Part shown: positions 58,234 to 64,000 of the stretch, in pieces | Layout of the letters: each line of letters starts with the position of its first letter | How positions within the stretch are numbered: the stretch's first letter is position 1 | Source: Caldisericia bacterium | GTDB taxonomy: Bacteria > Caldisericota > Caldisericia > JAAYUI01 | Length of the DNA: 64,000 nt | NCBI GenBank assembly: GCA_963674785.1 | Contig: OY771555.1 | Span: 1,952,001-2,016,000, forward strand | Direction of reading: 5' to 3' | Notes under the pieces: generated by a model | Databases searched by the model: none | What the model was told of the DNA's origin: nothing | The model's input: only the letters and a program-made list of their open reading frames with translations | Translations under genes and position numbers: made by a program

Positions 58234-58262
58234 AATCTATCACAAACGAAGTCGTTTGTCAA
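58234..58262 (-). promoter_or_regulatory. Promoter TTGACA-N17-TAGATT with palindromic operator in the spacer
   Basis: Extended TG; ACAAACGA-AG-TCGTTTGT inverted repeat at 58242-58259. Confidence 0.7.
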
Positions 58263-58375
58263 TGGCACAAGTTGAAGACAAAACTCAAAAAGGGTGGAAA
58301 AGCACTTTTTTGGGAAAATATTGCTCATTAACATTTCCAAGATTGTAATTTATCAAAATATTGTAAAAAAAGTCA

Positions 58376-58403
58376 TTGACTCTAATATGCAATAAGATAT
58401 ATT
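58376..58403 (+). promoter_or_regulatory. Ferredoxin promoter TTGACT-N16-TATATT
   Basis: Hexamers read directly; 16-bp spacer. Confidence 0.65.
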
Positions 58404-58424
58404 GACCTCACAAACTTGACTTAA

Positions 58425-58619
<195 letters not shown>

Positions 58620-58642
58620 TCACTAAATCTATCTAAACTTTC

Positions 58643-58673
58643 AAAAGAGGGCGGTTTTTACCGCCCTCTTTTT
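58643..58673. terminator. Bidirectional terminator
   Basis: AAAAGAGGGCGGT-TTTT-ACCGCCCTCTTTTT between convergent genes. Confidence 0.9.
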
Positions 58674-59369
58674 CTATATCAGAGATAAACCTCTGTCGAG
58701 TTTTGACATCGTTGACGTTGAGGCAATGCCATCAACTTTTTTTGATAACAAGCTAACAAATCTTGCTGCATCTTCAAATAATGATGGTGAGTAGTAGTCA
58801 ATTTCTAATTGAGCAAAATTAATGTCACTTCCCTTAAAGGAGAAATTATCAATTTTTATCTTTATTTTGTCAGACTCATTCGAACCCATTGATACAACCC
58901 AAACCGATCTATAACATCTTAATCTCACAATTTCTGATAAATGCATTGACTCGAGATGTTCAACTGCTCCAATAGACTCTTCAAAAGGTCTTATTAGGTT
59001 TTTCGGATAATCTTTAAAAAGCTCTGCTGTGACCTCTTGGGTCTTCAACACCGAAATCTCAAAATCGTATATCTCTGCGGGTTTTCCATATGCAGCTTCG
59101 GTAAGTTTCCTGTAAGCAATAAATTCTGCTTGCCTGTTTTTTGCTGGCCACAAGGATTTCCTGACTCTCACATAAGAGTTATTTGAGTTCAGCAAAAAGT
59201 TTCCATTCTCGAGGAGCTGATCGAAATATCTGTCATAATTGATCATATCAATTCTTTCTTTATAAGACCAATTCATCTCAGAACAGATATCAGGTATGAT
59301 ATCCACAACTTTATCGATGCTGTCAATCCTGATGTCAAGTTTTAATTCACGCTCACTTGTTGGGTTCAT
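58674..59369 (-). CDS. CYTH (triphosphate tunnel) domain protein
   Basis: ERELKL, DRYFD, YVRVRK, R..R, QLEID, SKLDRG. Confidence 0.75.
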   Translation of the reverse strand: MNPTSERELKLDIRIDSIDKVVDIIPDICSEMNWSYKERIDMINYDRYFDQLLENGNFLLNSNNSYVRVRKSLWPAKNRQAEFIAYRKLTEAAYGKPAEIYDFEISVLKTQEVTAELFKDYPKNLIRPFEESIGAVEHLESMHLSEIVRLRCYRSVWVVSMGSNESDKIKIKIDNFSFKGSDINFAQLEIDYYSPSLFEDAARFVSLLSKKVDGIASTSTMSKLDRGLSLI

Positions 59370-60016
59370 AAAACTCCTCCAATTTTCATTCCTCGTTCGA
59401 ATTTGCTAAGCCTATTTGGAATCAGCGTCGGCCACCTGCCAGACACAAGCTTGTTATCAATTACTATCCTTAAATCATCAAATTTTGATGACCCCTCAAT
59501 CTCTAATTCCAAATATACTCCATCATCCATCGGAAGTAAATACGAAAACCTATCTATGCAAACTTCACAGAAGCTTTTTTGTGTTCCTATTTTAATAACA
59601 CGACGTTCCTTTGAAACAATACAGATTGGTTGGAGGTTTTCAAAATTTGAGACAATCCGATAAACATCCTCATCCTCCGGTTTCTGGTTTATTGTTTTTA
59701 ATTTTTTTTCAAACTTCTTTTTTAACTCTGTAAGAGTTTTTCCTTTTTCTTCAATCCTCATATTGTTTTCTTCAGAAAAAGAATCCAAACTTTTGATGGT
59801 TATGCTTTTTAAATCGATACCGCTATACCTTCTTCTTAGGGTATATCCAGATTCAAGAAGTCCCAATTTATTATCCAAATAAACATCGATATGAGTTTTC
59901 GTTGCCTTATCAAGAACACCGTAGCCAGAAGATTCAATAATCCTGAGCATGATTCTCTCAAGCTTTGAGAAATTTCTAATAATTTCAAATTTTGACTCAA
60001 CTTCATACTCGCTCAC
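59366..60016 (-). CDS. CYTH domain protein
   Basis: EVESKF, DVYLD, TLRRR, TIK, R.EE, KERR, D, ELEIE, SKFERG. Confidence 0.82.
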   Translation of the reverse strand: MSEYEVESKFEIIRNFSKLERIMLRIIESSGYGVLDKATKTHIDVYLDNKLGLLESGYTLRRRYSGIDLKSITIKSLDSFSEENNMRIEEKGKTLTELKKKFEKKLKTINQKPEDEDVYRIVSNFENLQPICIVSKERRVIKIGTQKSFCEVCIDRFSYLLPMDDGVYLELEIEGSSKFDDLRIVIDNKLVSGRWPTLIPNRLSKFERGMKIGGVL

Positions 60017-60022
60017 AAAGCT

Positions 60023-60050
60023 ATATTAAGATAGCATTTACTTTCGTCAA
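60023..60050 (-). promoter_or_regulatory. Promoter TTGACG-N16-TAATAT, likely leaderless
   Basis: -10 is 6 nt from GTG 60016. Confidence 0.7.
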
Positions 60051-60060
60051 GCTCGTACCC

Positions 60061-60088
60061 TTGAAAGAATTAGTGATTAACATATCAT
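60061..60088 (+). promoter_or_regulatory. Promoter TTGAAA-N16-TATCAT, possibly leaderless
   Basis: 8 nt before in-frame GTG 60097; no SD. Confidence 0.6.
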
Positions 60089-60096
60089 CACACAAT

Positions 60097-61128
60097 GTGA
60101 ATTCATTAGAGGAATACTTAAAAGAAGGCATAAAAAGTGTTGAAGAGAGACTTCAAAAATCCGCAATTGAACCGACGGAATCGGCAATTTCTCTCATAAA
60201 TAAAATAAGCGATAAATCACTTGAAACAGACGCAAAAGAATGGTTCAAGCGGATCATTCATTTAAGCCTGAACACACAAAAACACGGAAAACGTTTCAGG
60301 GCGAGATTGGTTCTAATCTTTTCTTGGATAAACAATCTACCCATTGAAACTGCAGTCTCAATGGGTGCATTTGTTGAGATAATTCAAACTGCAAGCCTTG
60401 TTCATGATGATGTTGTTGATGACGCAGACACAAGAAGAGGGAAGTCAACCGTAAGAGAATCAAACGGAAACAGGTTTGCGGTTCTGACTGGAGACTATCT
60501 TTTATCAATTGCCCTTCAAGAGTTATCCCACATTAATTGCCCTCAACTTTTTGGTCTGTTTTCAGAAGTTGTTTCCCAAATGACGCTTGGTGAGGCAATG
60601 GAACTCGAATGTATCAACAACTCAAAAAGGGATATTTCTCACTACTACTCGACAATCTCCCTAAAAACTGCTTCATTGATAGCCTTTTCTGTTTACGCGC
60701 CATTCGTGGTAAGCAACCAGGAGAAAAACACAATTGAGTTAATGAAATCGTTTGGTCTCAACATTGGGATGGCATTCCAGATAATTGATGACGTGCTTGA
60801 CTTTGTTGGCCCTGATGGCAAAAAGATTTTTAAAGATGTCGAACAGGGAATTGCAACATTGCCTGTTATCCTGCTTAAGATTGGAAACATATTTAGCCAA
60901 ACAAAGGATTCTTTGATGGAACTTATTCGAAACAACTCGACCCTAGAAGCCTCTGTTGAGAGAGCTAATAATCACTACAAACTCGCATTTGAAAAAATCC
61001 GTAAACTATCAAAAATGATTTCTAACGAAACCACAACACTCATAAGATCAATCAGCTATGAGATGTACGACAGATTACCAGAATACTTACAAACAAAAGA
61101 CAAGGAGCAGCTCAATGTACCAGTGTGA
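60097..61128 (+). CDS. Trans-polyprenyl diphosphate synthase (probably long-chain)
   Basis: GKRFR, ASLVHDDVVD...RRG, AVLTGD, KT, FQIIDDVLD; Ala at -5 of the first DDxxD. Confidence 0.9.
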   Translation: MNSLEEYLKEGIKSVEERLQKSAIEPTESAISLINKISDKSLETDAKEWFKRIIHLSLNTQKHGKRFRARLVLIFSWINNLPIETAVSMGAFVEIIQTASLVHDDVVDDADTRRGKSTVRESNGNRFAVLTGDYLLSIALQELSHINCPQLFGLFSEVVSQMTLGEAMELECINNSKRDISHYYSTISLKTASLIAFSVYAPFVVSNQEKNTIELMKSFGLNIGMAFQIIDDVLDFVGPDGKKIFKDVEQGIATLPVILLKIGNIFSQTKDSLMELIRNNSTLEASVERANNHYKLAFEKIRKLSKMISNETTTLIRSISYEMYDRLPEYLQTKDKEQLNVPV

Positions 61129-61738
61129 AATCAATAATATCATCAAGAAGAACATTGAGGATGTATCGAACATTGAAATTAATACAGGTGTATCCTCAAG
61201 ACATGTTCATCTCTCAGAAGATCATGTGAAAGTGCTTTTCCCCGAAGGTCTTACAAAATATCGAGACCTATCCCAACCAGGACAATACGCCTGCAATGAG
61301 AAAGTAACTCTCGTAGGGCCAAAGAGTGAAATAAAGGGTGTCAGAATCCTTGGACCAACTCGTAAATCCACTCAGGTTGAAGTATCAAAGACTGATTCAT
61401 ACGCGCTTGGTGTTAAAGCACCAATCAGGATGTCTGGTGATTTGGCAGACACACCTGCAATAACTCTCAAAAGCCAATTCGGTGAAGTTGTATTAAATGA
61501 TGGTTTAATTATAGCTCAGAGGCATATCCACATGCACCCAAGCGATGCAGAAAAAGTCGGTGTTTCAGATAAAGACAACGTGTGGGTAATCGCCAATACT
61601 GAAAGACGGAGCATAATTGGGGAAGTGATTGTAAGAGTACATGAAAGTTATGCACTTGACTTTCATATTGATACTGACGAAGCAAATGCTTTTTCTCTCT
61701 CAAATGGAGATAAAGTAAAGATTGTGAGGAATGTTTGA
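61115..61738 (+). CDS. pduL: PduL-type phosphate acyltransferase
   Basis: SSRHVHLS, LSQPGQYA, VRILGP.R..TQVEVS, RHIHM, HIDTDEANA; AAGGAG SD before ATG 61115. Confidence 0.93.
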   Translation: MYQCEINNIIKKNIEDVSNIEINTGVSSRHVHLSEDHVKVLFPEGLTKYRDLSQPGQYACNEKVTLVGPKSEIKGVRILGPTRKSTQVEVSKTDSYALGVKAPIRMSGDLADTPAITLKSQFGEVVLNDGLIIAQRHIHMHPSDAEKVGVSDKDNVWVIANTERRSIIGEVIVRVHESYALDFHIDTDEANAFSLSNGDKVKIVRNV

Positions 61739-62970
61739 TGGCAGCAGAAAAAACTAGAAGACAGAGATTGGACAACGAAGACTCAAGTAGCTACACAATG
61801 AAATTCTATTCTCCTGAAAAGGAACCAGTCGACCTTTCAGCAAGAAAACAGATGACAATACTTACGGGCGTCAAGTATGCTCTCTTTGGAATTCTTTTGA
61901 TTCTTCTTTTTGTTACAGGCTCGAGATTTATCGGTGACAATGTTATTTCAGCAATGTATCCAAACAGATTCTACCCATGGTTTGGATTTGGAGCAATTCT
62001 CTTCCTTTTGATTTCAATTTTCACCTTCCCAATCGATTACTACAAAGACTACGTACTCGGAAAAAAATCTGGGTTCCACTCAATGTCATGGATTGATATT
62101 GTTGGAAGATGGGCGAGAAGAACATTTATCGACGCAATAAGTTTTGGTTTTATTTCATACATAATGTTCCTCGGATATTTTGATAAATTTATCTGGGATG
62201 CAGTAAGAATCGCCAAACATGCGGATTATATTGCGACCTCCGGATTAGTGGGTTATCTTTTAAGACTCACAATTCCAATCCTTGTATTCGGAATCATTTT
62301 AATTCCTGTCTGGTTATGGCTCAAAGACACCCTTCTTTTCTTTACAAGCTATGGATTCAGAAGAACAAAAAGATTCGATGAAAATGTTGCAAAAGTCAAA
62401 CTTCTTGGAAAAAGATATCATTGCACAATTCTTGGCACATATTACTATCATCTCTCAGGCGACTTCACAACTGAAACAAAACTTATCGGATTCTTTGGAT
62501 TATATTTTGTCTTCCTCCCGGGAACACTTTCAGGTAAATCAGCCCTGGTTGCCTCAGCATCAAAAGCTTTTGCAAACGCAAAAGGTATGCACGGAACTAT
62601 TAAAAACATTGTAAACTGGGTTATTTTTGGAGTTGGTATCTTCCTTTCAATGTACGGATTCCACCTTTCCTACAAGATTTTATATCCAAGACTCACTTGG
62701 CCATCTGAGACAGCTTTTACAGCTGACCCCTCGCTTGTTATGTGGATTATGTTTTTCATGGGCTTAGCATTTCTCCTTGCAACATTTATTAACAACAATC
62801 TTGGAAAGATCCTCGATAAATCATCAGATAAACTTGCGGAAAAAAACGGATTTGAAAGACTTGACGGTTACAAAAGACACAGAGAACTCGGTATGGGTTT
62901 TGATGAAAGCCGTGAACCGCTAACCAATCTATTCCTTATTGATAAAGCAAAACACGAAATATTTCAGTGA
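61738..62970 (+). CDS. Ste24/M48-like polytopic membrane protein lacking HExxH
   Basis: FPIDYYKDYVLGKKSGF resembles the M48 N-domain; about 7 TM segments; the HExxH position reads SKAFAN. Confidence 0.55.
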   Translation: MAAEKTRRQRLDNEDSSSYTMKFYSPEKEPVDLSARKQMTILTGVKYALFGILLILLFVTGSRFIGDNVISAMYPNRFYPWFGFGAILFLLISIFTFPIDYYKDYVLGKKSGFHSMSWIDIVGRWARRTFIDAISFGFISYIMFLGYFDKFIWDAVRIAKHADYIATSGLVGYLLRLTIPILVFGIILIPVWLWLKDTLLFFTSYGFRRTKRFDENVAKVKLLGKRYHCTILGTYYYHLSGDFTTETKLIGFFGLYFVFLPGTLSGKSALVASASKAFANAKGMHGTIKNIVNWVIFGVGIFLSMYGFHLSYKILYPRLTWPSETAFTADPSLVMWIMFFMGLAFLLATFINNNLGKILDKSSDKLAEKNGFERLDGYKRHRELGMGFDESREPLTNLFLIDKAKHEIFQ

Positions 62971-63485
62971 TAAGTTTTGGAATTATTCATCTCGACCCTG
63001 ATGATGTTCGCTTCGCAAAGAGCATCATCAGGGGGTCGGGTGCCTTTTTAATCAACACAAGAAAACACAGGATTCCAGATTCTGTTGTTATTTTTTCTTC
63101 AGGCAAAAAAGATTTCAACAACATTATCGAATCTGTTTCTGAAAAGATTTCTTCTATAAACAGAGTTTCTGAAATCAGAAATATTCGACCTGTTGTGATC
63201 GACACAATTTGTCCTGAACACTTTGAGCTACCAAAAAATATTGACACAGGTATCTTTGAAAGTCCAAATCTTGAGGTCATAATCTCATCGGCAAATGCTA
63301 TTTCAATGCTTGATGAAGTCACAATTATTCAAATCATTCTTTCAGGTAGTAACAATAAAAACTCTCGATTAATCCTTGCTGGCGACAAAAAAAGTATTGA
63401 TGAGTCTATCAATACAGCAATAGCAATCAACAGGTCAACCGGTCGAGTCATTGAAAAGTACGAGAAAGAAAACAGGAGCCAATGA
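62967..63485 (+). CDS. Divergent tandem BMC shell protein (PduT-like BMC-T)
   Basis: GIFES..LE..ISSANA...EVTIIQI.L......SRLILAGD..SIDESI aligns by eye with PduT domain 2; NIRPVVIDTI matches the PduT linker. Confidence 0.6.
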   Translation: MISFGIIHLDPDDVRFAKSIIRGSGAFLINTRKHRIPDSVVIFSSGKKDFNNIIESVSEKISSINRVSEIRNIRPVVIDTICPEHFELPKNIDTGIFESPNLEVIISSANAISMLDEVTIIQIILSGSNNKNSRLILAGDKKSIDESINTAIAINRSTGRVIEKYEKENRSQ

Positions 63486-63955
63486 AGTATTTTTTTGCTC
63501 CATGGAGATACAAATTCATAAAAAGCAAAAAACCAAATCACTGCGTTTTCTGCCATGCTTTATCTGAGAACAACGATGAAACATATCACATCGTAAAGAG
63601 GGGAAAATACTCCTTTGTGATGTTGAATAAATTCCCATATACATCTGGTCATGTAATGGTTATTCCAAACAGACACACAAGTGACTTCTTGTCTTTATCA
63701 AACGAAGAAACCTTGGAGATTACAAACTTTATCAGGGAGTTTACAAAAGTCCTGAAAAAATCTTTCAACCCAGAGGGTTTTAATATTGGGATGAATATTG
63801 GAAAACCAGGTGGAGCAGGGATCGAAGACCATCTTCATGTACATATTGTTCCAAGATGGAATGGTGATAACAATTTCATGCCCGTGATTGGACAAACAAA
63901 AATACATCCGATTGATCTTGATACCGTATTTGAAATAATAAAAGAAAACCTCTAG
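63482..63955 (+). CDS. HIT family hydrolase (Ap4A phosphorylase-like)
   Basis: APWR, CVFC, LNKFPY.SGH, GFNIG.N.G...GAGI..HLHVHIVPRW.GD. Confidence 0.92.
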   Translation: MKYFFAPWRYKFIKSKKPNHCVFCHALSENNDETYHIVKRGKYSFVMLNKFPYTSGHVMVIPNRHTSDFLSLSNEETLEITNFIREFTKVLKKSFNPEGFNIGMNIGKPGGAGIEDHLHVHIVPRWNGDNNFMPVIGQTKIHPIDLDTVFEIIKENL

Positions 63956-63999
63956 TCGATTATAGGGAAACACTCAATAATTTTTCCAACTTCAAGTTC
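63952..63999 (-). CDS. Possible 3' end of a convergent gene extending beyond the window
   Basis: Open frame ELEVGKIIECFPIID* ending in a stop that overlaps the HIT stop (CTAG). Confidence 0.3.
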   Translation of the reverse strand, partial: ELEVGKIIECFPIID

Positions 64000-64000
64000 G

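Noticed and set aside
63536-63560. CVFCH in the HIT protein as a heme c attachment site for the Ccm system
   Set aside because: Cytoplasmic protein without a signal peptide; this CxxC is the usual HIT zinc site

Overview
AT-rich bacterial chromosomal window, apparently from an anaerobic peptide/amino-acid fermenter. The abundance of exported copper-amine-oxidase-N 'stalk' and DUF11 proteins resembles Caldisericota, but that assignment is an inference. I found no rRNA, tRNA, CRISPR array, integrase or transposase. Contents in order: (1) a tandem array of exported surface proteins sharing an unnamed Cys-rich N-terminal module (1-11.4 kb); (2) a Ser/Thr kinase-AAA-TPR gene and rpsF-ssb-rpsR-rplI; (3) tatA-tatC-mtnP and pruA; (4) a decaying islet with a REP-like hairpin, a SRAP pseudogene and a frameshifted PD-(D/E)xK nuclease; (5) a System I* cytochrome c maturation operon (ccmABCDEF, Cys-type CcmE); (6) thl-hbd; (7) racemase-rpmA-obgE-nadD-rsfS and secDF; (8) 3D-rsmA-ispE, a CCA/HD enzyme, three M42 peptidases, gcvT and a lone transketolase N-half; (9) two giant paralogous secreted HExxH/DUF11 proteins with an apparently identical 772-bp 3' block and a shared 5'UTR motif; (10) ferredoxin and two CYTH genes; (11) an operon of prenyl synthase, pduL, a pseudo-Ste24, a divergent PduT-like BMC shell protein and HIT. 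The strongest window-wide signal is that about 15 predicted sigma70-type promoters have a 16-bp rather than 17-bp -35/-10 spacer, and several would produce leaderless mRNAs. All calls were made by eye from motifs; no database searches were run.
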